A DNA stretch of 64,000 nt from Cyanophora paradoxa CCMP329 (GCA_004431415.1 QPMI01000084.1:100951-164950), one strand, 5' to 3'. Counted from the first letter of the stretch, positions 48,618 to 60,406 are shown. Notes: generated by a model from the letters alone, not told the origin. Made by a program: numbers and translations.

Positions 48618-51600
48618 CTAACAGCCGAATGGAAGGCTATGTATGCCGTCGCCTGATATGCAGCGCTTGCTATCGAATTGGGTCAGCGCTATCCGCTTGC
48701 TCTCCAAATCATATAAGTGGTGGCATCGCCGTTGCTTGTTTACTACTGTTACTGTTTTTGTGATCCCGTCAAATAGGCAGCGCTTAAAGTCGTCGAAATG
48801 CACCTCTTTCGAGGCTGTCCCGCTCATTTTTACCTTGTCGTAGCTCTCGGTGCGGAAAGCATATAGCTTCGGTCGCAGCCCACATACTCCACTATCTTGA
48901 CGTCGGGCATCTCATTTTTATATTTACCGGAACCATCCGGTTCTCGGGACTATAAGGGCAGTCTAAATAAGGGCTGATCGCTCGCATGCCCGCTTCCAGA
49001 TCCGCGCTCTCTATATACAGACAGAACGAGTCGGTATCGTGGAACAGCAGCTGAGCTTGCGAGAAAGTCGGTCGGATCACGTCGTAAAAGAAGCTATAAT
49101 TATGCAGCTTCGCGGCATCCAGCACATAAGCGCCAATAGCAACCGGTTTATCGAGTTTTACGTGTTTACTATACATTTCGAATGCAACCGCAGTCTCGTT
49201 TAATACATTCGTCGCTTTTACCAGTGGGCTCGCCGCATATTTCTTAAACAGCTTCGTGCTATTCGCGATCTTTACCACTGAGCGCCCGCGACACGATTCC
49301 AGGCATTTACCGTAAATAGCATTGTTCATCAATTTAAAAAAGTCGCTCTCGAATTTATTCCGGGCTTCCTTTCGCAGTTTCGTGTTCAGATCTATATAGG
49401 GCTTCATAAATGCAGCGGTTGCAAACGAGAGCACACGGTGGATCTTAGTAACTACGATCCCCTTTTTTACCATATAGAGCAGCATCGGCTGAGAGACCAC
49501 GTAATTATATTTCGGGGTAAATGAGGCGATCAGCTTCGGATCTTTACTGAGCTTCTCGCCGCTAATCTCCAAAAGCCCACGCTGATATTTGCCGAGCATG
49601 TCCGCAGTAATTACCTCTTTACTCACGATCAGCGGGAAATCGCGATGGTCGCCCTTTAAATAGTCCGGATACGCAAGGTCGACCTCTATAAATGCACTCC
49701 GCCCTACGACCTCGGTAAAAGCTGTGCTCGTGTCGTCCCAGCGATAGTCCCCGACCGGTAAAGGCTGACTGAGCGCATAGCCATACAGATTATTCGCATC
49801 CAATAGCACTATATGTTTATCCTCGCTATTAGCCTCGGCATATCGTGTGGGCATGGTCGCAAAGCCGCCCCTAATTGCCCGCTCAATAAATTCGTATTGA
49901 TCCGCATCGCTGATCTGTTCTATCGCGACCCTCGTATGCTTTAACATCGCGTCCCACGATAGTCCCGGTGCGCTCACATAATGCGTCGGATCCAGTCCGT
50001 ATTGCTCATGGGCGAGCATACTGAATTTACCGAATTTTACCATGAGATCATTAACATCGGACGCCTGAAAATCCATGAAATTCGAGGCGTCTATAAACTT
50101 GTAAAGTCCCCACTGTAAAGACAGATACTCGTCGAAATTCTTACTTAGGATCTCGACCCGCAGCTTGTCGTCTTGCTGTGCGATTTTCCTGAATAGAGCA
50201 TGTCCGCACTCGTCCATCCGATCAATTACCACGGCTACTTTCGTTTGCTTTGAGATCCTCCTATGTAAATTGCATTTTCGGCAAGCTTTTCCTATATAAT
50301 CGCCGCTTTGGTGACAGTGATCGCGCACAGGGAAGTTTTCGTGGGTAAACCGCTGATTGCATATATAGCAGTGCTTGGTGAGCTTATAGGCTTGCTTTTG
50401 CGCCTCTGTGAGCGGGATCATAGGCGTATTGGTAAATAGGGTATTAAGCATCTCGCGGCACAGATCCCCTAACGTGGTAAACATCTGACCCAGCGGATCC
50501 ACCCCCTCGAATTCGTGATTTTCAACATGCGAGCCCATAACTACATTGAGTGCCACCGACTTTACCTCTCGCTTAGTTCTATTTGGTTCATTAAGAACCG
50601 GCACCGACTCCATCTCTACCTTGCAGTAGCAGACAGTGGGCAGCCACACCATTTTCCTTAGGTGTTGCAGTCCGAAAGTAATAAAGCTTCCGGGTTCCGG
50701 GCATTTACCTTTACTCAGCCGCCAATCGATACAGCGATTAGAGTCGGTGTGGCTATCGAGTTTCTCCTGTGATCTAAACCGGGACAAACAGGTTTCGCAG
50801 TAGAAAATGCGCCCGTCGTTTGCTTTATCAAAGGTGGTCTTTAATAGGCGGCTCAGTGACATGATCGTAATATAGTGACCCTGTCCGTTTGCGTCCTCGA
50901 TCAGCAGCAGGTTTACCTTTGATTTGCGACGCGGATTACTTGACATGTGCAATGGGTAAAAGGTTTGGGTCGCATTGTCGGCGCCATATATATTAATTGA
51001 CAGCTCGGGATTATTGTCCTCGAAACGATCGATTATTTGGGCATCGCAAGCCACCGGGAAATTAATGCCTGAGAAGTCCAGCTCAGTCATCCACCGCCTA
51101 TATTGGAACGGATCATTACGTTTGTGTCTGTTTATGTCGTTTCTGTGCAGCCATGCGAGGATAGCGTAATTAAAGCAGTCGTGACCATCGATATTCTTAA
51201 TATTTACTGTGGCTCGCTTTAATCCAATCCATTCGGGGGTCTCAATGTAGCAACCGCCCATCGGCGCATATGACAAAACGGCGACATGTAGCTTATCTAA
51301 TTTACTGAGCCGGTAGCTGTCGACCTGTATCATCTGTTCATTCATTTGCTGAGCTACACCCACTAACTCAGTGAGAATATTGCGCGACCTTGTGATTACG
51401 AAATAATCGCTGTATATGTGTTTGGTGATAAAAACGTTAGGATCACTCACTTTTACGTATCGGCAGATGAAAGTAAGTCGCACCTTAATAGCTTTCAGTT
51501 CATCCAGCCTTTCTTTCAGCCGCCCAGGCAGATTTGCAGCGATGGTAGTGAGAAATTCCACCGGATCTAAGATTATCTGTTCATCCGCCTTATAGCTATA

Positions 51601-51748
51601 CCAGGCGTATGCTTTATTCATTGCGAAACCGTCTTCCTCATCGGGTGATCTCGGCTTCGGTGATCTCGCCAGTGACTAAAAGACTACCTAACAAGCCTAA
51701 TATTTCGTCTTTTTTCTCTTTTATAAGGCGATTAGTTTGGCGGGGCAT
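48618..51748 (-). CDS. Polinton-type family B DNA polymerase (pPolB) with EndoVII-like insert; about three frameshifts
   Basis: VNIKN.D..CFNYAIL; VRDHCHQSGDYIGKACRKCN; YGLDP.HY.SAPGLSWDAML; AIRGG; LDANNLYG; KLMNNAIYGK; DTDS; GKYKNE and LRPKLYA in shifted frames; probable start MPRQ at 51748. Confidence 0.93.
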
Positions 51749-51878
51749 CTTTTACTTTAAGGGAACATTTTTATTTCGGGAAAGGACGCGTTCAAAAATG
51801 TGGAAACATATTTAAGGACAACTCAAAAAAATGACACATAGGAAAACATTTTATGTGTATCAGATATAGAGAAACACA

Positions 51879-52372
51879 ATGAATACCCAAGAGATAATAG
51901 AATATTGTAAGACACTTACAAATATTCCCGTAACAGAAGCAACAAAAGAATGCACAGACAAGAACTATCTCAAATGGGAAAAGAAGAATGCGCGTAAGAA
52001 GGTAATCTTTGTTATATCACAAACGCGTAAACATCAGGACATGTTTTTACATCTTAATATGGCTTCCCAGTTTTACCATCCGCATAGGCAGCACATATGC
52101 GCATTGGTTTACAAAGGATATAAAATGTTAATACCACTTGACATTACGAAAGAGAAATGCATTGAGGTAATACAAAATGTTATATCCGGCTATTCTAAAA
52201 AACAAGATGGGAAGTTAAGTGTGTGATTTGTTTAGAGGTTATAGAAACGGAAGATTTAGCTTGTGCGCAGTGTAATAGTTCTGTGTGTGAATCTTGCATA
52301 TCCAAAATGACTTATAAACAACGTTTTACCTGTCCAGTTTGTCGTATTGGGAGCTTGCAACAATACCATTAA
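51879..52372 (+). CDS. Protein with C-terminal RING-like finger; one frameshift
   Basis: After the A-run near 52200: CVICLE..CAQC...CESC...CPVCR; same layout as 41476-41910. Confidence 0.75.
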
Positions 52373-52411
52373 TGGCAAGTGCCTAAGTTAGCTTACTGAC
52401 GTTTTTTATTT

Positions 52412-52630
52412 TTCGATAGGGTGGGGAGGGTGGGGTGAGGTGGGGCATTTTTTGAGTTCCAATAAAAAATTCTCCCACCTAAAAATTTTGGGCAAAAAAG
52501 ACCCCACCCAACCCCACCCTCCCCACCCTGTATTAACAACCATACTTTACACTGAATTCAATGTGTTTTAAGTTATAAAAATAAGATATATCAATGTTAG
52601 AATGAAACCAGGTGGGGTGTAGGGTGGGGT
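52412..52630. promoter_or_regulatory. Third copy of the inverted-iteron element; candidate replication origin abutting the primase-helicase stop
   Basis: Perfect 19-bp arms AGGGTGGGGAGGGTGGGGT / ACCCCACCCTCCCCACCCT; the origin role is inferred. Confidence 0.6.
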
Positions 52631-55249
52631 CAGGCTTCCACATCTGAATCCTCGAATTTGGTGCCCCTTTTCTTTGGTTGCGGCTGAGGAGAATCATCTT
52701 CTTTAATCGAATCATCATCGATAAGCTTCAACTTTCGGAATTCAGACATCATCTCATTCCACAGGAAATGATAGTTAGATTTTCCATTGGTCGTTTTCAC
52801 TTGAATATATGTAGTCGTGCGCATCTCAGTATAGAACCGCTTGCTATTATAATCGTTTTTATATTTGTTTTCAGAGATGAAGTCTTTGAACAATTCCCAT
52901 GTCGATGCAAGACCGCCCAGCTTCGTTTTCAGCTCTGTAACCCGCTCACTATCGACAAGCCACTTCGCAAACATCAGGATAATAGGTGCAGCCGCTTGCT
53001 GAACTAAGTAGTATCGGTTTGTAAGCGGTCTGTCTTGACTCCAATTGACTTTCTCGCAATTTACTTTCGTCCTGAGATACTGAACGATATTTCGAATATT
53101 TCTCATATCATTCAGCCACTCAACAAGCGGGGCGAAATAATCCTTATTACAGCGCTGTTTGTCACTCACCTCAATAACGACAAAGCGACGATCATCAGCC
53201 TCGATTTTCACAGGCACAGTATTGTTACTTGTGAAAACGATTCGCGCGAAATTCTTCTTATCATACGAGTCTATTCCTTTGTGCTCAATTACAATCTTCG
53301 GGGCTGTGACAATATCTTTGAGAAGGTCGCTATGTTCAAAGGTATCCTTTCCAGACGCTTCATTTACCACAATCATAATCTTATCCTCCCGGTTGTGAGC
53401 AAATCGCCCGAATAGATCATCCTTTGGTTTGGCTGTCGAGTATGCCAATGCATCACCGAGTATCTTCTTCTCAAAGGTATCAATGAGCATATTCTTTCCA
53501 GCGCCTTGGCGACCTAGGAAGATGAGGGACACGTTATTTAGTTCCCCCGGCTTTTGCATCATGTGGGCAAACCACTTTTTAAGATAATCGAATGTCTTAT
53601 CATCTTCGCCTGACATTAAATATAGATGTGTCAGAAAGGCTGAATCATCTCTTCTGTCACATCCTCGGGGGCGGCTCCTCGAATTCTTCATGATCAATCT
53701 TGAATCCAGGGTAGAGATTAAACACAGACTTGCATTTCGCGCTCAGCTTTGCAGGAGGCGGCAGGAAATCCATGTAAGTGGATCGTGTCGCCCTTGGGTC
53801 AGTAATCCATTCAGGCAACGTTTTTACCCACTTTTCGGTTTGGTTCTCAGTCCCCTCATTGAGAATCACCTTGTGAAACAGATGGGGAAAATGTTTGGTC
53901 GCCAATTTCGTAATATCTTTCGGTCGCCAGGATAATAGCTGTTCATCCCAATACATGACAGTGCCGATGCTCTCGATGTGGTGCAGTCGAGAATTTAAAT
54001 ATCGCAGATGGACTTCAAAGCTATCGACCATAGGTGGAATGGGAGCCGTTTTATAATCAATATCGTCGGAATCCTCAGGCTGAAACGAATATTTCTTGGG
54101 AAACAGCTTATTATAACTGTCGCTGTTATCCTTTTTCAGCCAGTAAACAATTGAACCGAATGTAACCCGCTTTCCTTCCACCATTTTCTTGCCTTTGCAA
54201 AGGCTCATGAACTTCTCATGACAGTCATCATAGTCATATTTTTCGCTTTTCTCCGAGAACTTGTGGAAAAGCTCTACCTGTTGCTTGCGAGAAATGTTGT
54301 TATCTTCGCAGGTATTGATTATGGCGATGCCTACATCGATCCATGACTTATACTCATTGGCTCTCTCTCCACTGAGGCTCATAATGACTTCTTGCAACAG
54401 TTCAAACGAAACCTTATTTTCTTTGAGATCCTCCAACACCTCCTCCTTCTTCTTCACAGGTTCTTTACAGGGCTTGTCCTTAACAGACTTGGGCGCCACC
54501 GTTTGCTTAGGTTCCTCAGGCTTTGTAGCTTCCTTTGGTTTATCGACCGCAAAGGCTGACATGGTGTCTACTTCCACCCACTTGGTAGGGCGATCGAAAC
54601 ATTGCACCAGGAAATAGCCATCGTGCATGCCTTCTTTCTCGCAATCAATGAACTTAGTGAACACAACATTCTTATCGACATCGTGCTTTGATTTGCTTTG
54701 AGCGTCCAGAGCTTCGCCTTTGCAGCAACGGAGGCAGATCAGGTTTTGAGTTGTTCCATAAACGCCACTATCGAATTCCACGTTTTTGATGAGACCCATC
54801 GCTTTAAAAAGCTTTGGAATGTCTTCGTGGCGGCAGACCAGATCTGTAAATACGAAATGCCCGGAAATCTTGAACTTAGTGACATTCTCTTGGATTAAAT
54901 GAACCCGCCGATGGCGAACAGCAACCGCAATAGTAGATCCTGATAGGTCTTGCAATTTCTTGCGCATTTCCCTAATAATCTCTTCGGCTTCCTTGTAATT
55001 GTCGGCAACATCAGGTTTCAGATCAACGAACTTGTCCAGATCCAGATAAACACGAGTCACTTGATCAGGTTGTATGCATTCCGCCCATGTAGGATAGGTC
55101 ATATTGTCCCGTTTCTTTGAGTTATTGATGCGCTCAATAATTTCATCATCGGTTAACTCAATCAAATTGGACTTATTGCGTGCACCTTGCAGACATTTCA
55201 GAAAGGTGCCCTTGACATTAGAGAATGCGAATTTCGTGATAGCGTCCAT
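52630..55249 (-). CDS. AEP primase (PrimPol)-PriCT2-SF3 helicase fusion, split by frameshifts near 53650-53670
   Basis: RVYLDLD, ISGHFVF, FDSGVY; PriCT-2 RANEYKSWIDVGIAI..FSEKSEKYD; GRQGAGKN, IVVNEA, FTSNN, DDRRF. Confidence 0.9.
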
Positions 55250-55257
55250 CTTCTCTG

Positions 55258-55320
55258 TTTTACTCTAAGCGGAGAAAATATTTTTCAGGTTGTTCATTTT
55301 TTGCGCATTATCCTTAAATC
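55258..55320 (-). promoter_or_regulatory. Representative of a bipartite viral upstream motif: ATTTAAGGA ... AAAWWWTTTCTC(A/C)G ... ATG
   Basis: Proximal box precedes starts at 40021, 48213, 55249, 55689, 60353 and (variant) 57127; distal box at 48271, 55311, 51810, 58852 and (variant) 55748. Confidence 0.75.
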
Positions 55321-55458
55321 CCTTTACAGTTTTTTCCCGATGATAAAATCGATTAGCATCGGGCAATCGATAGTATGGTAAGGAGCTTCCCGATTTACAT
55401 CGGAAAGCCGCACGAAAAATAAGGAATGAGCTCAGCGGCAATCGAGAGTTTGCGTTTT

Positions 55459-55689
55459 CTAATACTTACGGGGGCGCCCCCGCTTTCCCATATGGCTTCC
55501 CTCCTCGGCTTTGCGACGATAATACGATTCCAAAGCCATCTTCTTCTTGAATTCGCGATATTCGGGATCCTCGTTATACCGATTCCGCATTTTGATGATT
55601 TCACGGATCCGATAATTAAGTCCGTCGCCTTTCTTCATGTCCTCAGTGACAAGCTTTGCCTCAATATTTACAGCAGCGATGCTGGTCAT
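55459..55689 (-). CDS. Small basic protein with C-terminal AT-hook
   Basis: Ends KRGRPRKY; conserved upstream motif present. Confidence 0.7.
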   Translation of the reverse strand: MTSIAAVNIEAKLVTEDMKKGDGLNYRIREIIKMRNRYNEDPEYREFKKKMALESYYRRKAEEGSHMGKRGRPRKY

Positions 55690-55739
55690 CTTCGCGTTCC
55701 TTACTATAAGCGGAGAAAATATTTTATCAGTCGTATTTT

Positions 55740-55880
55740 CTATTTCTTCTTTAAATCATTTTCTGAGCTGTCATTTTTTGTGACCGAAGCGAGCTCTTCT
55801 CTACGTTTTTTAATAGCGGCTTCCAGTGCATATTGCGCGCATTTCCTGTATAGGATCGCGTAGAGATCAGGGTCGGGCAT
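55740..55880 (-). CDS. Small hypothetical protein (46 aa)
   Basis: MPDPDLYAILYRKCAQYALEAAIKKRREELAS..; upstream AATTTTCGCGGTAAA resembles the shared motif. Confidence 0.35.
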   Translation of the reverse strand: MPDPDLYAILYRKCAQYALEAAIKKRREELASVTKNDSSENDLKKK

Positions 55881-55907
55881 TCGATACTATTTACCGCGAA
55901 AATTGTT

Positions 55908-56255
55908 TCAGCTATCGTATTCGCCCAAATAAAGCGGATTTATTGGCGGATATGGCGAATCAACGCGAATATGACCTTCTACGAAATTAGGGCACGACCG
56001 GCGTCGTATATAGGATACTTGCACGTCTTCTATTGCTACCTGTGGGATTATATTAGAGTCAGCGGGCACAGGCGAGGGCGATCGAGATCTTGGGTGGTTG
56101 TGATTGTCGCTGTGGTTGGAATATACAGAAAGGCGCCTACCTCCATTGTCTTCATCGCTTATATCAACCTCTACGGTTGTGTCGCAGCATCCGGACTTAC
56201 AGTGAGATATAAAATGTAGGTGAAACATCTCAATGCATTGCGTGATGAAATTCAT
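55908..56255 (-). CDS. Hypothetical protein
   Basis: 115-aa ORF co-oriented with neighbours; HCKSGCC motif and RS-rich stretch. Confidence 0.5.
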   Translation of the reverse strand: MNFITQCIEMFHLHFISHCKSGCCDTTVEVDISDEDNGGRRLSVYSNHSDNHNHPRSRSPSPVPADSNIIPQVAIEDVQVSYIRRRSCPNFVEGHIRVDSPYPPINPLYLGEYDS

Positions 56256-56455
56256 AGATCCTAATATTGCACAACGTATTAAATATTGGAGAAAAGAAAA
56301 GGGAATGAGGGTGTTACTTGCTCGTGTGTTCCCATACGAATTAGTCGACCTTATAATGGTGTTTGTGGAGCCGACCTGTCCCTATTGCAAGGGAATTCAT
56401 ATTAAGACCCGCTCTAAATACGGGCGGATTCATTTATGTTTGAACGACTTGCACA

Positions 56456-57127
56456 TTAGAAGCGACGACGCCCACCGAACATAGATGACAGATTGGCACC
56501 CGGCTGTGCATGCACACCCGATGGGTTAACGAAACCGCCCGGCTTTGGTGCATTTTCAGCTATGACTGTCTCTTTTTTCTCGACTGTCTGAATATCGGGA
56601 ACAGTTGCCCGCTTCTTTTCCATTTCCACTCGAACAGCCTGTTTAATCAGCTTGCGCTGTTTGTATTCCTTAGTGAAATCATCAAAGGCTCGCACAGTAG
56701 TGTCGTATGTAGCTAAACGCGCTTCCAGTGCCCTAAACTTCTCCTCTAATTCCTGACCGACTTTCTCGCCCTTGGTCACATAGACAGATGCCCGCTTTTT
56801 AGGGGCTTCCATCGATGCAGGTAAAGCGGCTGTTGCTTCGGCTTTTACCACCTTATTATCGGTTAGCTTTTCGCCTGTGAGCTGTGATTCGGCGAGGGAT
56901 TGATCCGCCAGCTTTCTATCAGTGGAATCGACCGGCTCCCGCTTAGCATCCGCCTTTTGAGCACGCTCTGAAACCTTTGTATTCGGGTCAATCAGATCGA
57001 AATCTATTTGGTCAGAAGCGGCAGCACCGCCAGTGCGACCAGCATCCTCCGCAGGATTAATCTTGCCAGCGACAACAGCGCTTTGATCTTCCATTTGGAT
57101 AGCTTTCCGCGAGTTCTTGGGTGGCAT
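56456..57127 (-). CDS. Charged coiled-coil protein, possible virion core protein
   Basis: 223 aa; next to the packaging ATPase; ends MFGGRRRF; conserved upstream motif present. Confidence 0.65.
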   Translation of the reverse strand: MPPKNSRKAIQMEDQSAVVAGKINPAEDAGRTGGAAASDQIDFDLIDPNTKVSERAQKADAKREPVDSTDRKLADQSLAESQLTGEKLTDNKVVKAEATAALPASMEAPKKRASVYVTKGEKVGQELEEKFRALEARLATYDTTVRAFDDFTKEYKQRKLIKQAVRVEMEKKRATVPDIQTVEKKETVIAENAPKPGGFVNPSGVHAQPGANLSSMFGGRRRF

Positions 57128-57242
57128 TTATCATTATGCGAGAAATTTATTCAAAATTTACCCAATTTCTTTGCAAATTTTGGGCGGCGCTTTTCTTGGT
57201 ATGCCAGCAATAGATTGGGGTCTTTAAGTAGGTCGGCTTCGA

Positions 57243-58061
57243 TTATTCTTTGGTGGATCGCTTTAAGGTGGCGACGTTTCCACTCACAGGTTTCGTTATA
57301 TCGGTGGTTTGGGGTTGGTCGCCATTTACCTCTGTGGAGCTCTGTTTTACCGGCTGTTTACCAGCGGGCTTTATCTCTTCCACCGCTTTTTTAAAGAACC
57401 GCTTGAATTTATATTCGTCAGGCACCGGATCAGCCTTGCCCACAGAGAATTCCAGGCTATATTTCGAGTTGTCAATGCAGATAACCTGATAGCTGTGACT
57501 GTATTCGTTCATCACCTTCTCAAACCAATGCTTTTCGTATGGATTAAACTCGTCCTCAGCACTCTCCATCTCTTTTCTGTTGGGCAGCGAGAATAGAAAG
57601 ATATATTCGGAGTTAACCCTAAGTGTCGGCGAAATCTTAGTGAGTTTTTGTGACAGAATCCACACAGATATGAATAAATGGCGCCCCGACGTGAATAGCT
57701 GATTTAATATAGGTTCACCTCTTCCTGACATCGAAAGACTTGGATTGTCAATGAAATCATCGAGTATGATTAACAGGTTACCGACTTTCTCCTTTTTCTT
57801 GATTCGCTCCTTGCGTTTCTGTATTATATTGTCGATCAGCTTATGATCGAAATCTTCATACAAATACGATGTGACATTGTCATATTGATGGTTCCAGATC
57901 GTGGAAGCGAATATCATCACCGAATCTATCTTGTCCTCGTTGTGGTAAAGCAGGTATTTTAAGAATACTGACTTACCTACTCCCGTTTTTCCGACAGCAA
58001 GTAAACGGCAAGGGAATGAAAGACTTGCCGGGTCAAACTCATTCAGATCTTGTATATCCAT
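57243..58061 (-). CDS. A32/FtsK-HerA genome packaging ATPase
   Basis: GKTGVGKS; LLIILDDF; GRHLFISVWILSQ; SPTLRVN. Confidence 0.93.
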   Translation of the reverse strand: MDIQDLNEFDPASLSFPCRLLAVGKTGVGKSVFLKYLLYHNEDKIDSVMIFASTIWNHQYDNVTSYLYEDFDHKLIDNIIQKRKERIKKKEKVGNLLIILDDFIDNPSLSMSGRGEPILNQLFTSGRHLFISVWILSQKLTKISPTLRVNSEYIFLFSLPNRKEMESAEDEFNPYEKHWFEKVMNEYSHSYQVICIDNSKYSLEFSVGKADPVPDEYKFKRFFKKAVEEIKPAGKQPVKQSSTEVNGDQPQTTDITKPVSGNVATLKRSTKE

Positions 58062-58110
58062 TTCCCTTATTAGAAAGATATAAAAATTACGAAACGCCAC
58101 AGCCCTCTAT

Positions 58111-58831
58111 TTACTCAACATCATTGAGGATCGCTTTATCACCGAGAATTCCTTTGGCTTTTGAGTTGTAGAAAAGTGCAGCCTCCTCCTTTGTGTTGCA
58201 CACTTTTCTCCACCGCTGTTTCTTATATGAAAAGCATCCTTCCCATTTTCCAGTCGCTGTTTCAGTTACACCACGAAATCCACTTGTATTCAGTGAGTAA
58301 AGAGGAGGTTTTGGTTTAATTTCAGGGTTTACCTCGTTCAAAACAGCAAGATCTCCAAATAGCTCTTTTGCTTTTTGGTTGTAAGCGGCAGCAGCTTCTT
58401 CTTTTGTATCAAACGTTCCCAAATTGTATGGGACACCACTTTTTTGAATATTTGCCCTGAACCGACCGTTCTTTTCTCTTGGAAAACACCTTTGAAACCA
58501 GTTTTGTTTCGTTTTCTCATACCTGTATTAAATACGCTGTCTTGCGGTGTTAAGAATCTAAGATTACAGCGACGATTATCGAGTTTGTCTCTACTGATAT
58601 GATCAACAAAGTGCCCTTGTTGATGTCCGAAAATCCATTTGTGCATGTCGATGTTTTTCTTTACACCAGCAATGTAACCCCATGCATATCCCGTTGGTTA
58701 TGGTAATACCACTTGCTTATTTTCATGACATGATCATAATCGGCTTCATCTATAAGCGCATACTTGCCCTCGCCATGCTTTCCACACAAAGCGATTCGCC
58801 TGATCCCTTCCATTTGTTCGAGATACGCCAT
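58111..58831 (-). CDS. HNH-AP2 homing-endonuclease-like protein with two AP2 domains; frameshifted
   Basis: YALIDEADY; MHKWI..VDHISRDKLDNRRCNLR; TGFKGV..LGTFDTKEEAAAAYN; NTSGFRGV..KEEAALFYN. Confidence 0.88.
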
Positions 58832-58882
58832 TAAATCTTATAATCGTCTTGTCCTTAAATAGACAAAGGATTAAAAATGACA

Positions 58883-60353
58883 TCAAATTTTGCCCGCGAC
58901 AGTCCTCATGCCGTCACGCGAGATAATCCATTGGCATTCATCACAAGAATATTGTGGCAGTAAGCCGAGATCTGAACACCGACCTTTGTCCAGGTGGCGA
59001 GGGGTGTGCCATTGGGTGTGAGCAGCAGGAAGCTCGACGCGGATTGTGTTAGATCGACGTAGCCAGTCGCCTTCTCACCTTTGAGCGCCGCTTTACCATC
59101 GAGGGCAAGCAGAAGCCAGTGTAAATGGGGCGCTTGTTGCTATCGATCCAGTTGGTCATCTTGAATTTATCGGCGAGCTCCATAGCCGCAGATTGCAGCG
59201 GGACACCAGTGTTAGAATATAAGTAATTGTTGTTATTTAGAACTTGCATCACGACATTATCATCGAAGGCAAGGGTGCGGACAGTAGAGTGCCCTCCTTT
59301 ATTATCGCCGAGTGCATTTTCGTCGCGAATCTTGACAACAAGTGCGTAAACAAGTCCAGAAATTTGAGATAGTGACAGGCGGAGACCGGAGCCGAGAGCT
59401 TGACCGGTATAATCCGCAAACTGAATATCAGTGTATGGGATGGCGATGCCAGAGGTCTTAACACGAGTAATGATTTCGCCCATCGTTTCCTCATCGATGT
59501 TAACAGCATCCATAATAAGACGAGGGGTCGTCATTTCCAGATTCGCAAGAGCAGGTGTAGGTGTGAGAGCCGCACTATCGAAAATCGCAGTGGCATTAGG
59601 GTGAGCTAAGGTCTTAATATTTCCGAAAGCAGCCGCAACAGCAAGCGTCGTCTCGCCATCAGTAGAGTTGGCAGCAGTAATTGCAGTCGTGTTATTCTGA
59701 GCGTAAACGCCAGGAACCGCCGCAGTTTCGAGAAGCGCAGGGGTTTGGAAATATACTTCGACCGCGATTTCGGATGGGAGCGCACCGATGGGCACACCAG
59801 CATCGAGGAAGCTTGGAATTCGCATGGTAAAAATGCCGCCAGCTTGGTTGCCGCCCTCTACCTTCGGTCCGAGATGTAGCCCATGCTTGCGCTTCTTTTG
59901 ATCGAATTCAGCCGGAGTGTTAGCCAGGAAAGCGTAATCTACCAGTCGCTCAGCCGGAATAATTTGCTCATACGACCCGTATTTAATGCTGACTCGCTGA
60001 ACAAACGAGCCAGGAAGCCCGCGGACGAATCCAGTATTGAATAGATCAGCCGAGCAGTCAGCAGAGGTCTTGGCGATGGCAGTCAGCGCCTTCGCCGATG
60101 GGATGGTAACTTGGAGGCTAATACCATTGCACCAATTGTAGCGAGGGAGATAGAAGACCACACGAGTGGTAGCACCAGTAGAGGAGAACAGATTGCCGGG
60201 ATCCGCAATTGGGAGCACCTCCACACGAGAAGGCTTGAATTGTTTGTCCACACCCACGATAAATCCGCGATCCAAAAGCATGCTCTTGTAATCCTCCGGG
60301 GTTTCGAGGACGGATTTGAGCGTGAGGCGGCTAAGCGAGGTCGTGGGATCCAT
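58883..60353 (-). CDS. Probable double-jelly-roll major capsid protein; C-terminal frameshift(s)
   Basis: About 480 aa, beta-rich; VVFYLPR, FVQRVSIKYG, GVPIGAL..IAVEVYF, and TGYVDL in the shifted frame; lies between the ATPase and the pentons. Confidence 0.78.
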
Positions 60354-60406
60354 ATTTCGTTTTTATCTTCCGCTGAGAAATTTATTTTAGAAGAACGGAT
60401 TATTTT

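Noticed and set aside
53640-53700. Programmed frameshift between primase and helicase
   Set aside because: Needs two separate one-base corrections in short runs, matching the region-wide error pattern; no slippery heptamer seen
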